64,000 nt of DNA, from assembly GCA_964016885.1 (NCBI GenBank), contig OZ024741.1, positions 171,182,001 to 171,246,000 of the forward strand, read 5' to 3'. A model generated the notes under the pieces. That model was not told where the DNA came from, made no database searches, and worked only from the letters and a program-made list of their open reading frames with translations. This stretch comes from Eledone cirrhosa (Eukaryota). Within the stretch, counting starts at the first letter, position 1; each line of letters begins with the position of its first letter. Positions 14,232-27,410 of this stretch are shown here, piece after piece. The translations under genes were made by a program, and so were the position numbers.

Positions 14232-15168
14232 TTTTGTGTTGTGTTGAGGCAAATAACTATTTGTATACTCTGGTAATGTATCTTACATTGCCCATTGAGT
14301 GCGCTGAGATACAACCGGCACTGGCATTAATAAATATGCTGGGTCCGTCAACCCTTATTATTATTATCTCCCAACGAGCGGAATATTGAGAGTAAGTTAA
14401 ACAATTTTTCACTTTTTATTGTGTTTTTGTTTTGATATGCACTCTTTTTCCTGCTACTAATTTTGTCACTCACTCTTTTAAGTTGTGAATTAGACTGGTT
14501 ATCTACGCACGTGGCTGACACATTTCAGCTCGCTACTATATTGGTATATAATGGATGCTCGCATTTAAAGTCCGTTAAAGGTTCTTGGCACTACCATTGT
14601 TACCATCGCTTTCTTCTAGCCATGGGGCTTGGAGACATGAACCGAATGCTACCATTCTATTTTTTATCAATGTGAACTGCTATTTCTAATAGCCATCTTT
14701 TCACCCCTTGATAATTTGTGTGTGAGACACGTTGGCTGAGGGCTTCTGACAGGAACTAATAGATTGATTCTTTTTAGTTTCCCATCCCCACGTAAAATTT
14801 GTAAGTCAGTGGCTAGTTGAGAGATAGAGTCCTATCGGTTGCCAGTTGCTAATCGCTTTACCGTGTCGGTTTTCACAAACAGTCATGACCGGCATGGGCC
14901 GGTGTTTGGATTCTGTCGATCAATTGGTTATTGATTAGGCGATACCCGCTGATGAAGCCGCATAAGCCGATTGTGCATTGTTGCATAATATATGCAGACA
15001 GATGGTGCAGTGCACCTTACTGCTGCATTAGGCACCCGTTTTACGTGTGTTGTGTTGAGGCAAATAAATATGTGTATACTCTGGTAATGTCTCTTACATT
15101 GCCCATTGAGTGCGCTGAGACACAACCGGTACTGGCATTGATAATATCCTGGTCCGTCAACCCTTATT

Positions 15169-15184
<16 letters not shown>
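14232..15184 (+). mobile_element. TA-flanked non-coding element with ~130-nt terminal direct repeats (period ~811)
   Basis: GTGTTGTGTTGAGGCAAATAA...GGTCCGTCAACCCTTATTATT at 14236-14367 and 15047-15184; lone CTGATGA at 14949. Confidence 0.65.
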
Positions 15185-15200
<16 letters not shown>

Positions 15201-16515
15201 TATATGGATTCTACCGTCGTATATCGAGGTATGAGGGCTCAACAGTCTTTTCAGTTCGATGTTTATGGTTATACCTTAAATGACACTTTAATTCAGTTGT
15301 TGATTTACGCATCAAGCTGTATTTAGGGCAGATGACGGGATTTTGAGTGGAGCAGGATTGATGTTAAATTTGAGATCACGACGATGAACAAGCCGAGAAT
15401 TTTCAGAATTCAAAATAGACAGTTTTCCTTTCCCACGGTCAGCAGTTAGGGCTTCCAAAGGAGTAAGATGTATGCTCACAGATTTAAGCTTGTATCTCAG
15501 TTTGCATTTATATCTGAGTAATCGTCGGCCTAGATGTGCACCATTATGACTAGATCAGCATTGGAGATTCTGTCAGAAGGTGCATAACCAGGGATAGAGG
15601 GACGACAATGTTTGTGGAAGAAATCAAGTGGGTGAGATAAAGTGCTGGGATCGATTCTTCCTCTATATATCTTTCTCATTTCCTGTCGCTCACTCGCTAT
15701 CCTTCTCAAGAAGAAATCTGCTGAATTCAGACCTGCAGAAAAGATGGGTTCCGCCAAGTTTTAAAATGCTCTAAAAACACCATATATCACTACGGCCACC
15801 CGCTCCCTAAGACTCCCTCGGGAGTTACGGGATCGTGCATCCATATATATATATATATATATATATATGCGTGAGTCTACATGATTACATATGCACGCAC
15901 ACACACACACACATATATATGTATATGGGGGGGGGGGGGGTCTCATATACATTAACAAATATATATATATGCATATATATATATATATATAAATGAATAT
16001 GCTACCTCAGCATATATTGGAATATTTTAATCCAGAAGTAATTACTGTTTTTAAGTATTTATGTGAAAAAAGGATGTAAGCACTTTTTACTATTTCCTCT
16101 CCAGCAGAAGAGATTACCTTCATGATTATCAGAGATTAATGTCTTCTAATAAAAACATAACAAGCTCAATGAATCTATCTGCAGAGGAATCTGTCGATAG
16201 CATTCCTACACATTTCATGCTGGATGTAAAACTAACTGAAATGGTTTAATTTGCATGACGTACATTAGTTTGGCAAAGTAGTTAATTAAACAATGAATGT
16301 TTAAGATCATGCACAACGCTTTTAGAAAACATAAAATACGTTTAAGGCGAATATTTCTACAGTTTCTTTCTTAATTAAAAGCATCGCTGTGAAAGGCACG
16401 TATAAACATGTTTGACTATTTCCTTTCTGCACGCAACGTAAGCCATTAGCTTCGTGCATCTTAAACGCTCTCTTATACATACATACATACATACATACAT
16501 ACATACATACATACA

Positions 16516-16549
<34 letters not shown>

Positions 16550-17184
16550 CAATAGCGACCGTTGTGGTCAGTGTCCGATAATCGGACGTGTGTAATTACG
16601 GCTTACATGAAGGCAACATACCATATATTGGAAAAAGTTGAGCTACATTACGCGGTAAGATTACATACAATAATTCTACATAAGTGTTTGAACTGTAAGT
16701 GTGTTGTAAAACACCTATTTATATGAACGATACATACACTTATGATATATGAACGATACATACACTTTAACATATAAATGCAACGTTGTTATATTACATT
16801 TATAAAGAAATATACAAGTAACGTTTTCGATTCAGAAACGAAAATATAAGTGTTTGAACTGTGAATATGTTGTGAATAGGTTGTAGAACACCTATTTATA
16901 TGAATGATACGTAAACTTTAACATATAAATACCGCGTTGTTATATTATATTACATTCATAAAGGAATATACTAAGTAACGGTTCTTTTTGTTCTCGATTC
17001 AAACGATTCAAGAACAACGTTTAAAACACAGTTGTAAAATTAAAAACTAACTGAAAAGAAATATTACCCAAGCTGTGAATAACTTTAAATTTGATTCTGA
17101 CAGAACTCTGTCGTAACTTTTAAAGAAGATCATCGACTATTTTAAAAAATAAATACGAAATATTAGTGAATAGACGAACTCATC

Positions 17185-18174
17185 ATGGCAAAAAGTACAA
17201 GTCTCCTTCGACCAAATCGCAACTACAACCGGTGTACACAATGGAGCTACGAGCTTAACAAAGTATTATATGAAGCATACAAACAATCTGAACCCCAAAA
17301 GTTCGGTTTTATGCAAAGGCTAAAAACTTTATGGAACTCCAAACACCCAGAATTAGACTTTTCTCCAAAGCATCTAAATGAACAGGCAAAACGTATCATT
17401 AGATGTAAATTGATACATCCAGCGGAATTGAGTGATGCTACAAATACAGCCCTTGTAGACAACCACCCCACCTCCACTGACAGACAAAGAGAATGGCCAG
17501 CTAAATCTGGTGAACAGCTCACCAACAATTTTGCTGAAATCCATCCCACTTCCACCGAAGAACAGCGAGAAAGGTCAGCTGACTCTAGTAGTAATTGTCA
17601 CCACATCAACAACGAGGCTGCAATTCATGACTCTACTGAACAAACAGAGCACCAAAAACTTGTGGGCACCCTACAAGTGATATGGAACGATATGTTTCAA
17701 GAGATACACAGCCTTAATGTGAGTGACAGACCATACAACACTAGAGTCAGTAAAGAACCCACTAAATTGGAATTGGAAGCGGTGAATGAAATAGCTGGCA
17801 ATTATCTGAAGGCTATACGATCTAAAGGTGTAGAAACGACATTTGAAACGCTCAATGTTTTGTTATATGTTTCAGCTGTCACATTGCTATCATATAACAC
17901 ACATCTAAAACCACGCAATCAAGATACAAACAGAAAGCCTGAACCAGCGTGGATGCGAAATTTAAAAACCAAAATTTTGTCCCTGAGACGAAGTATCTCA
18001 CACATCGCAGTCGTTATGAAATGCAACATAGAGAGCAACTTCACACGACACCAGGAAGACCTAAAGAAAAAGTTAGAGAGACGATTTGGAGATACCAAAT
18101 TTAAAACTTTGAACTCCAAATTACACCAGTTGAAACAACAACTCACAGCTACAACCAGAAAGACTAAAATATAA
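17185..18174 (+). CDS. N-terminal part of the LINE protein (probably one ORF broken by a +1 frameshift near 18162)
   Basis: 329 aa; removing one base near 18162 reads RKLKYKSTAHKRQVLNRLF into the RT frame, and the second copy (23205-23257) is continuous here. Confidence 0.75.
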   Translation: MAKSTSLLRPNRNYNRCTQWSYELNKVLYEAYKQSEPQKFGFMQRLKTLWNSKHPELDFSPKHLNEQAKRIIRCKLIHPAELSDATNTALVDNHPTSTDRQREWPAKSGEQLTNNFAEIHPTSTEEQRERSADSSSNCHHINNEAAIHDSTEQTEHQKLVGTLQVIWNDMFQEIHSLNVSDRPYNTRVSKEPTKLELEAVNEIAGNYLKAIRSKGVETTFETLNVLLYVSAVTLLSYNTHLKPRNQDTNRKPEPAWMRNLKTKILSLRRSISHIAVVMKCNIESNFTRHQEDLKKKLERRFGDTKFKTLNSKLHQLKQQLTATTRKTKI

Positions 18175-18196
18175 GTCAACAGCACATAAACGACAA

Positions 18197-20692
18197 GTGC
18201 TAAATAGATTGTTTGCCAGAGATCCTAAATCAGTTTATCGCAGCTTAGGTGGCAAAAGCTCAATCCCTGTAAACGACACCCCTTCAAAAGAACAGGTTGA
18301 GAGCTACTGGAGATCTGTATGGGAAACGGATGACGGATTCAACAGACAAGCTAATTGGCTAAAAGAACTGGAACAGGACTACTGCCAACATGTCCAGACA
18401 AAACAATATGACATAGATGGGTCAATACTGGAAACAGCTCTACAGAAAATGTCGAATAGGAAATCGCCAGGCCCAGACCTCATTACAGGATACTGGTTGA
18501 AGAATTTCACTTTCTATCGGCAAGATCTCATACAGCTGTTTACAGAAACCATTAAGGGCACACAAGAACTGCCCAGATGGTTATCAACTGCCACTACTCT
18601 CCTCATTCCCAAAAATAGCCAAACCACCCTTGCTAAAAATTACCGCCCAATTGCCTGCCAAAACATCATGTATAAATTATATACTGGGTGCCTTAACCTG
18701 TTCTTACAGGATCACTGTGCTACCAACAACATCATATCACCTGAGCAAGCTGGTGGAAAGAGGGAGGTGTTGGGTTGCATAGATCACCTACTAACTAACA
18801 AAATGATTCAAGAAAAAACAACAAAGAATCGCAGAAACATGACTGTCGTGTGGCTGGACTATCAAAAAGCATTTGATAGTGTACCTCATGGGTGGATTAT
18901 TAAGGCTTTACAGTTAGCTAAAGTCCCACAACCATTGGTAGCTGCTGTTGAACGCCTGACCAAGAACTGGTACACCAATTTGATCCTTAGAGGTGAGAAG
19001 GAGCAGGTTAAGACTGATAAGATACATTACCAGAAGGGCATCTTTCAGGGTGATAGCTTGTCAGTGCTACTCTTCGTTCTCTCACTGAATCCACTATCTT
19101 ACCTACTCAGGAAACAAGGTGGACAAAGAAGTGGGCCCAGAAGTATCTCCCATCTTTTCTTTGTTGATGACCTGAAGTTGTATGGACCAAATATCAATGA
19201 CATCAAGAAACAATTGGACCTCATTACACAATTTTCAACCGACATCAAAATGAAATTTGGTGAGACCAAGTGTGCATATTTGGCAGTAAAACGTGGAAGA
19301 GCTGTGCCCTCCTCTAGAAATCTAGAGATGAACGGCCTGACAATACAACCTCTGCAGTCAGGTGACAACTATAGATATCTTGGACAGGATGAGAATGTCA
19401 GATATGATGGACCCATAAATAAGGAGAGAACCAGAACTGAATACCTCAGAAGAGTAAAGAAAATATGGTCATCAGAACTGTCAGCATACAACAAATACAT
19501 TGCCCACAATACCTATGCTGTGCCAATTCTAACGCCAACATTTGGCCTACTGAACTGGTCATTGCAAGAACTAACTGAGATGGAAGTTAGAACTCGAAAA
19601 CTTCTCAGTGTTACTGGGAACTTTAACATCAATGGTGATGTGGATAGGCTATACTTCTCACGCAAGGAAGGTGGCCGGGGTCTAAAATCAATATTAACAA
19701 CATATGAGACCCGGATAGTAACACTGAAGCAACACCTTCAACAGAGGAAAAAGGTTGGCAACCATCTTGCTCAGGTTTATGAGCATGAAAAAAGAAATAT
19801 CATTAGAATAGCGACTGATCTGGAGGAGAGATATGGAATAAAGCCTGATATAAATCTCTCACCCAGAGAAATCGGAAGATCCTATTCAATGTTCAAACAA
19901 GAAAAAAAAATTGACCAATTTACAGAGAAAGTTGTGCATGGATACTTGAGGCGTAAAACACAGACCATAGAGGGGATAAACCACTCAAAAAGCCTGGCAT
20001 GGAGTTCCGACAAGTTTATGACATCACACCTTGAGGGATATCTCTATGCAATACAGGAACAAGAACTCCCTACCAAATATCTGCTGCACAAAAGAGGAGG
20101 GCCAGCAGCTGACAATAAATTTAGGCTATGTAAAACAAAGATCGAGGATGTAAGCCACATTGTTGCCAGCTGCGAAAGAATGTCATCTCGCTACTACCTC
20201 CCCATGAGACACGATGGGATAGCTAGAACCATCTGGAACGCACTTCGGAAAACAAAATTAACAACAAACGAGGATGAATATATTGAGACAGATGGCACTA
20301 AGGAGTACTGGTGGAACCTGAAAATAAAAACTGCCACCAAATTAAAGAACAACCGGCCTGATATTGTAGTTTGGGACCACACATTGAAAACGTGTTCTGT
20401 TGTGGAGATCAGCTGCCCACTTGATGTAAACGTTGTCAGAAGAATACAGGAGAAGGAGGACATCTACGGACCATTGATGAGGAGTTTACAAATCCAGTAT
20501 CCAAGATACACCTTTAGCTTCATACCCATCATTATTGGTGCTACGGGTTATATACCAACCCGCTTGGACCAAAGTATGACCGAACTTGGATTTGCGGACA
20601 AAAAGCGCAGCTCCCTAATTCATGGTCTACAAATGGCTGCGATAGCTGGCACCTTCAAAATTTGCAAAACATTCTTGCGATTCAAGGGATGA
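18197..20692 (+). CDS. Reverse transcriptase + zinc knuckle + restriction-like endonuclease
   Basis: KSPGPD, NYRPIAC, WLDYQKAFDSVPH, GIFQGDSLS, HLFFVDDLKLY, YRYLG, RKEGGRGL, (F)RLC..SHIVASC, RHD, RPDIVVWD..VEISCP; first Cys of the knuckle is Phe here but Cys in copy 2. Confidence 0.92.
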   Translation: MLNRLFARDPKSVYRSLGGKSSIPVNDTPSKEQVESYWRSVWETDDGFNRQANWLKELEQDYCQHVQTKQYDIDGSILETALQKMSNRKSPGPDLITGYWLKNFTFYRQDLIQLFTETIKGTQELPRWLSTATTLLIPKNSQTTLAKNYRPIACQNIMYKLYTGCLNLFLQDHCATNNIISPEQAGGKREVLGCIDHLLTNKMIQEKTTKNRRNMTVVWLDYQKAFDSVPHGWIIKALQLAKVPQPLVAAVERLTKNWYTNLILRGEKEQVKTDKIHYQKGIFQGDSLSVLLFVLSLNPLSYLLRKQGGQRSGPRSISHLFFVDDLKLYGPNINDIKKQLDLITQFSTDIKMKFGETKCAYLAVKRGRAVPSSRNLEMNGLTIQPLQSGDNYRYLGQDENVRYDGPINKERTRTEYLRRVKKIWSSELSAYNKYIAHNTYAVPILTPTFGLLNWSLQELTEMEVRTRKLLSVTGNFNINGDVDRLYFSRKEGGRGLKSILTTYETRIVTLKQHLQQRKKVGNHLAQVYEHEKRNIIRIATDLEERYGIKPDINLSPREIGRSYSMFKQEKKIDQFTEKVVHGYLRRKTQTIEGINHSKSLAWSSDKFMTSHLEGYLYAIQEQELPTKYLLHKRGGPAADNKFRLCKTKIEDVSHIVASCERMSSRYYLPMRHDGIARTIWNALRKTKLTTNEDEYIETDGTKEYWWNLKIKTATKLKNNRPDIVVWDHTLKTCSVVEISCPLDVNVVRRIQEKEDIYGPLMRSLQIQYPRYTFSFIPIIIGATGYIPTRLDQSMTELGFADKKRSSLIHGLQMAAIAGTFKICKTFLRFKG

Positions 20693-21672
20693 CAATTTCT
20701 TTTCTTTTACAACCTTGCCACCAGGAAGGTGGCCGGTCAAAAAAATATACTCGAAATTAAGAGAAAGAGAAAACATACATGCATACATACATACATACAT
20801 GCATGCATATACACAAAAATGGTGACCGCTGTTGTCAGTTCGATACTCTTGTGTAAATGTTGCTTATATGAAGGCAACATTACATCTATTGGAAAAGTTT
20901 AGTTAGTGAATGCGACAAGAATATATACGAATATTTCTACATATGCGTTTAAACATTCCATATATTGTAACCTATCTATAGAAACGTTATTTACATTTAA
21001 ACGTATTTATATAAACTTGGCTTGGGAACGTTGCACACATTAAAAAACTAAGTAATGTTCCAAATAAATTGACCGAAAAAAAAATAAAGAAAAGGACCGA
21101 TAAATATGAAACGATAAATATGAAACGATAAATATGAAAATTTAAATACAATTGTCGAATTAAAGACCACCTGCAAGGTAAGATTACTCATACTATGAAC
21201 AACTTTAAATTTAATTCTGACAAAGCTTTGTCGCAACTTTTAAAGAAATATCTGTGAAAAAACAAAATCATCATGGCTAAACGTATAAATCTCCTTCGAC
21301 CAAATCGTGATAACGATCGTTGTATACAATGGAGATACAATCTTAACAAAGATTTATCATGAAGCATATATACAATCTGACACCAAAAATTTCGGTCTGA
21401 TGCAATGGTTAAAACATTTATGTAATTCAAAGTAAGCAAAATGTATCATTAGATATAAATTGATGCATTTAACGGAATTGTCTGATTCAAAGCATGCTGG
21501 ACTACAAAACAAGCCACCGAAGGACGCGATCCCACAACCAGAGAGCGATAGAGAATATGGACAGATACATCTAGCAGTAAACAATACACCAACAATTTAG
21601 CTGAAATCCATCACTCTACCGTGCAAACAGAAAAACAAAATTTGTGGACACCTTAAAAGTGAACTAGGATGA

Positions 21673-22895
21673 TATGAGGGTGAGCTAGAAAGTTCATATG
21701 CTGACAATGAAGGAGTGATGCTAGAGCTGTAAAGTGTTGCATGCATTAATTGCAACTTCTCTTATATTAATAAGAGAAGTTGAAATTAATGCATTTTATT
21801 ATTATTACTTTTTTTCTGTAAGTAAACTGGCATCTCTCAGTTTAAAGAAGACTTCAAACGTAACCAGTAGCGAATTCTCTTGAAAATGGATAACATTTGG
21901 CATATCTGTGTTATGAAATACTTCCAGAGAAAGGGTTTAGCCTCCAGGTATATTCATGCGGACGTGGTTGCTACATTAGGGGATGACGTGGCAGCTTTAT
22001 CAACAATGTAAAAAAGGGTAGCTAAAATTAGAAGGGTAAGGGTATGTCTTGAGGATGACCTAAGGCTTGCAACTGCCTCCACTGAAGAAAACATTGATTG
22101 TCTTCACCACAGGGTTTTGGATAACAGGTGATTGACTATAAATCAAATAGCCAATGCTATTATTTTATTCTGTGAGAGAGTTGAGAATATTCTACACAAT
22201 GAACTTGTCATAATGAAAGTTTCTACTCGGTGGGTGGCACGTATTCTGACACCTGATCAAAGGTGCGTCAGGCTGATCCTATCACGGGAAAATCTGACAT
22301 TGTTTGAGGCAGATCCAGCTGGTTTATATGAACGTTTCCAAACCCAGGATGAGTGTTCGGTCCATCAAGTCGCGCCAGAAAGAAAAAGACAATCTATGCA
22401 GAAGAAACACCCCTTCTCGCCAGCTCTAAAAGGGTCAAGGTCGTTTCATCTGTAGGGAAGATGATGGCTTTAGTTTTGAGGGATACAAAAAGCACTGTAT
22501 TTATTGACTATCTTTAAAATGACCACACTATCAATGGGGACTACTGGGGCAATTACGAAAAGCTATCAAGACGAAACACCCAGGAAAACTGAATAAAGAT
22601 GTCTTGTTTCATCATGTGGATACTCCAGCACACAGGTCGTTCATTTCAGTAGAAGCTGTGCGTAACTGTGTCTTTGAACTGGTTGATCACCCTCCCTATT
22701 TTCCTGATTTGGCTCCATCCGATTATCATCTGTCCACCAGCATGGAAAAACTCTTGGCTGGGAACAAATATCGCAATGATGATGGGTTCCAAGCACTGCA
22801 ACACCGATGGAAAATGTGTGTGGACCGCAAGGGGGACTATGTGGAAAAATAAATTTCATTTGAGCATATTCCATGAGAAGCCGCACATTCAGGAG
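21673..22895 (+). mobile_element. Decayed Tc1/mariner (DD34D mariner) transposon nested in LINE copy 2
   Basis: Begins TA|TGAGGG; relic motifs VSTRWVARIL (WVPR), TQDEC (TGDE), HHVDTPAH (HDNAPAH), HPPYFPDLAPSDYHL (YSPDLAPSD); right TIR not recognisable. Confidence 0.85.
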
Positions 22896-23257
22896 GTATG
22901 AAAAATCATACAGGAAAGTTAATCTTTTGATATATGTCTCAGTTATCACATTGCCAGTGGGTTACAGCCAACTGAAGTCACGCAATCGAGATACAAGCAG
23001 AATGTCTGAACCAGCATGGGCACGTAACTTTAAAAACTAAAACTGTATTTCTGCGAAGAAATATCTCACAGATTGTTGTATCTATGAAATGTACCACAGA
23101 GCACAATTTCACACGGTATCAGGAAGACCTAAAACAAATCTAAAGAGGGGATTTACAAATACATAATTTATCACCCTAAACAACACCACATGAAACAATA
23201 ACTCACAGCTACAGCTCAAAAATTAGAACCAAAATCTGCAACATATAAACCGCAAAT

Positions 23258-23468
23258 AATGGTTTCGTATATAGGCGCAATTTGGGGGAAGGGGAAAGTT
23301 GATTAAATCGACCCCAGTGCTTGACTAGTATTTTATTTTATCGACCCCGTAAGGATGAAAAGCAAAGTTAACCTCGGCGGGATTTGAACTCAGATCGTAA
23401 AGGGCCGTAACTCTATGCTGCAAAGCATGATGTCCGATGGCCTACCGATACTGCCAAATCCACTGCCC
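23258..23468 (-). mobile_element. Full tRNA-derived SINE inserted in LINE copy 2
   Basis: A/B boxes on minus strand; TSD TATAAAC(C/G)GCAAAT at 23244-23257 and 23469-23482. Confidence 0.9.
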
Positions 23469-25417
23469 TATAAACGGCAAATTATGAATTGATTATTTGC
23501 CAGAGATCCTAAGTCAGTCTATTGCTGCTACATTGTGAATGTCTTAATCTCTGTAAAAGACACCTTGAAAAAAGATCAGCTTGAGAGCTACTGCAGATCT
23601 GTATGATCTGCCAGCTACTGCCAGCATATCCAGTAAACGCAATATGAAATAGACGGCGCAATACTTGAAACAGCTCTATAGAATTTGTAAATCAGGAAAT
23701 TACCGGAGCTAGACCTCATAACATGTTACTGGCTGAAGCATTTCACATTTTGTTGGCGAGACCTCGTACAACTGTATGGAGAAGATATCAAGAGAACACA
23801 TGAACTGTCCCAATAGTCTGGCAAAACATCATGTACGAATTATACAGTCGATGCATCATTCTATTCTTGCAAGATCATTGTGCTATCAAGAAATTTATAA
23901 CACCTGAGCAAACTGGGGGAAAGTAAGAAGTGTGGGGCTGTTTAGAGTAGCGACTAATTAACAAAATGATCCACAAAAAAAGAAGTATCTAGAAACTTGA
24001 CTGTAGTGTGTGGCTGGAGTATAAGACGGATTTTGATAATGTACGACGTGAGTAGATTATCAAGGCTTTAGGGTTAGCCTAATTCCCACTACCAGGAGTA
24101 GCTGCTCTCGAACACCCGAGCATGATATAGTACATCACTGTGCTCCTCGGGGATGATAGTCTGTCAGTGATACTTTTCGTCCTTTCATTAAACCCACTAT
24201 CATACATGCTCACACACCATAGTAGCCATAGAAATGGATCCCGAATCGTCCCCATCCTTTCTTTGTTGATGACCGGAAATTTTATGGGCCAAATATCAAC
24301 GACATAAATAAAACTGACTAGGCCTCATTACTCAATGTTCTACAGACATTGGGATGAAATGTGCCTCTTTTACAATAAAACGAGGAAAAGGTGTGCCATT
24401 TGCAGAAAACCTAAAATTGAAGGGTTTGTCGATACAATCTCTACAGCCAGGTGACAATTATAGGTATCTTGGACAGGATGAGAATGTTAGATATGATGGA
24501 TGCATGAATAAAAAAAGAAGTAAAGAGAATATGGTCAGCAAATCACTTAGGGTACAAGTACATCGACCATAATACGTTTGCTTGCCCATCCTATCACTAA
24601 CGTTTGGTTATTGCAAGAATTGAGTGAAATGAATGTAGACTCGCAAGCTGCTCAGTGTTACTGGAAACTTCAATGGTGATGTGGATACGCCATATTTCTC
24701 TCGCAAGGAGGGTGGCCGGGACCAAATATCCATATTAAAATTTTATAACAACGAAACCCGGATAATAACACTGAAGCAACTGTTTCAACAGAAGATAAAA
24801 GTCAGCAACCATCTTGTCCAGGTATATGAGTGGGAAATTAATAATATGTTTAGGATGGCCACTGATCTAGAAGAGAGACATGAAATAAAACCTGATAAAA
24901 AAAAAATATCTTGCAGGAACATTGGAACAATCTACTCAATACCCGAACAAAATATAAAATAGAATAATTCACTGAGAAGGTTGTACATGGGTACTTGAAA
25001 CGAAAAATACAAACCACAGATGGGATAAATCATGCTAAAAACTTAACATAACATTTTGATAAGTACATGACATCTCACGTTGAAGGATATCTCCATGCAA
25101 TCCAGAACAAGAAAAGGGAAGTTCTTCAGTTGACAATAAATGTAGGCTGTGTGAAACAAAGATTGCTAACCACATTATTACTAACTGTGAAGCATGTCTT
25201 CTCATTGCTACCACCCTATGAGGCATAATGTGCTAGCTAGAATGATCTGGAATGCATTAGGGAAGACGAACATTGAAACAAATAGGGAGGTATATGTTAA
25301 CACTGACTGATTACAGGTGGAACCTAAAAATAAAAACTGTCACCAAGGTAAAGCACAACAAACCTAATATTGTTGTTTGGGACTACACATTAAAACATAC
25401 TCTGTTGTATTGGAGCT

Positions 25418-25706
25418 GTGGAGGCACGTGGCCTAGTGGTAAGGGTGTTGGACTTACGATTAAAATGTCGTGGGCTCGATTCCTGGGTTGCGTGTTGTGT
25501 TCTTGAGCAAGACAATTCAGTTGCTCCAGTATACTCAGCTGAAAATGAGTACCAGCAATAGCTGGAGGTTTAACCCTGCGATGGACTGGCGTTCTGTCCA
25601 GGGGGCGGGGGTGTCTTCTACTCTCAGTCGATTCACTCCATGAAACCGGGATAAGCAACGGCCAAATGAATCTTCTGGCTTAAAACAGACTTTAGACTTT
25701 TAGAAT
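25418..25706 (+). mobile_element. Second tRNA-derived SINE family with a V-domain-like core
   Basis: A box TGGCCTAGTGG, B box-like GGCTCGATTCC, CCCTGCGATGGACTGGCGTTCTGTCCAGGGG, (AGACTTT)n tail; TSD TTGTATTGGAGCT at 25405-25417 and 25707-25719. Confidence 0.8.
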
Positions 25707-26301
25707 TTGTATTGGAGCTACCGGTTATAAGCCAACACACCTGGACCATAGTATAACTGAAGTTGGATTGGTGAAGAATGAACGTCACTTCTCAATTCAT
25801 AAGCTACATCTGGAACCTTAAAAATTAGTAAAACATTTTTACTATTTAAAGGATGAACGCTTACACAAGAGACAACGACAATTTCCTTTCTTTACAACCT
25901 TGCCACAGGGAAGGTGGCTGGTCAAATTTAAACTAAAAATTAAGACAAACATAAATACATACATACATACATACATACATACATACATACATACATACAC
26001 GCACAGACATAAAAACATATGTAGACGGAATGACTTAAAATAACTCAAAACTCATAATGATATAATGCGTATATTCTTTAACATAGGTATCATTATCTCT
26101 GCGATATAAACGAAACTAAGATATATGTGTATTCCTGTCATCAGCAGGACACCAGAAAGATAATAGCTCGAAATAGATGTTTTATAAACAAACACCAAAT
26201 GTCATAAATTTCAATTGAAATCTTTTTACGAGCAGACGAATTCTTTACACTCAATGTTCAGTCGTGTGGGCCCGCACAGACAGATTTACATACAAACGCA
26301 T

Positions 26302-26355
<54 letters not shown>

Positions 26356-26429
26356 TTTTTTTTTTTTTTTAAATATATATATATATACTTTTTTTTTTTT
26401 TTAAATATATATATATATATATATATATT

Positions 26430-26737
26430 TATACTTCGTTTTTTAATTTGTTTTGCACGATTTCGTATCTGAAAACGTGTGTTGAAACAGCTATTGTTAT
26501 ACTTTGGGAGGGTCATGCTGCCGTTAAAAAAAAACACGCCTCTGTTTGATTTCATTTAAATTTATTATAAATTTCCGGTTAGTTGGTTGGTTGGTTCGAA
26601 AACCGGATGGTTGTTTATATATTGTCAAAGTTCTTTCGTCACACATTCTGTGACCTACTCAGTTCCTGGGTTTTTATTTTGTGTCTCTCCTTTGTTATGT
26701 CCTACAACATCTTGTTTTTGTGTGTTGTGTGATCACA

Positions 26738-26740
<3 letters not shown>
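26430..26740 (-). mobile_element. 3' terminal fragment of the PLE family at 35241-37020, with degenerate hammerhead
   Basis: Reverse complement of ~36690-37020; minus strand CTGAGTA-GGTCAC..GTGAC-GAAA; TA-flanked; related end also at 2400-2470. Confidence 0.75.
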
Positions 26741-26788
<48 letters not shown>

Positions 26789-27029
26789 GGGGGGTGTATG
26801 TATGTTCTTCTGGTTTTATAATTTCACAAATGTTTGCCAACAGAGAGAGAGTCGGTTTCTAACATAGACACAAGACTCTCTCATTGGAATTTACACAACA
26901 TCAACTAGGTAGATATGTATACATGTCTGCATGCATGTGTGTGCAGGTATGGATGTTATTGTATGTGTGGATGTGGATATGGATATTTTGAGTGCATAAG
27001 CTTTGTATCTGTACATGTGTATATGCAGT

Positions 27030-27410
27030 TATTAGATGTGGAATGTTTGGAATGTCTTATATAATTTTACTGTTCCATTAATGGATTGTACTTGTAATTT
27101 CCTAACTAGTTCTGTTCTTTCTGTTTCTGTGAAGCCCAGCTTCTCAAGATTTGTATTGAGGCAGTTACTAACATATCCCAGTGCCCCAATATAACACCTG
27201 CAACCCTGATGGTATCCAATGATGTTGACTTGTTCTTCTCTTTGGTAAATATCATCTTGGTTAAGAGAGTGGGACTGGCTTTGTGCAGTGCCTTTGCTCA
27301 CTATAAAAGCTTCACGGCACAGGCATTGCTTTATATCTGGAGATCTATCTGCACTTGTCGTCACATGGTACCATGGGCCCAGCACTGTGTCAATAATTGT
27401 CACAAGTGTA
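27030..27410 (-). mobile_element. 3' relic of a divergent RLE LINE
   Basis: IGALGYVSNCLNTNLEKLGF..KLQVQSINGTVKLYKTF aligns with the C-terminus of 18197-20692. Confidence 0.75.

Larger units (their letters stand above)
16552..20773 (+). mobile_element. Near full-length RLE-type non-LTR retrotransposon (R4/Dong-like) between (CATA)n tracts
   Basis: RT + CCHC + PD-(D/E)xK endonuclease; 5' and 3' ends match the copy at 20818-25950; (CATA)n at 16477-16550 and 20774-20810. Confidence 0.9.
20818..25950 (+). mobile_element. Second, heavily decayed copy of the same RLE LINE with nested insertions
   Basis: Colinear homology to 16552-20773 (e.g. GDNYRYLGQDENVRYDG, YFSRKEGGR, 3' CAACCTTGCCAC..GGAAGGTGG); followed by (CATA)n. 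Confidence 0.88.

Noticed and set aside
17185-20692. Two-ORF LINE with a programmed frameshift
   Set aside because: A single-base insertion explains it, and copy 2 is in frame across the junction
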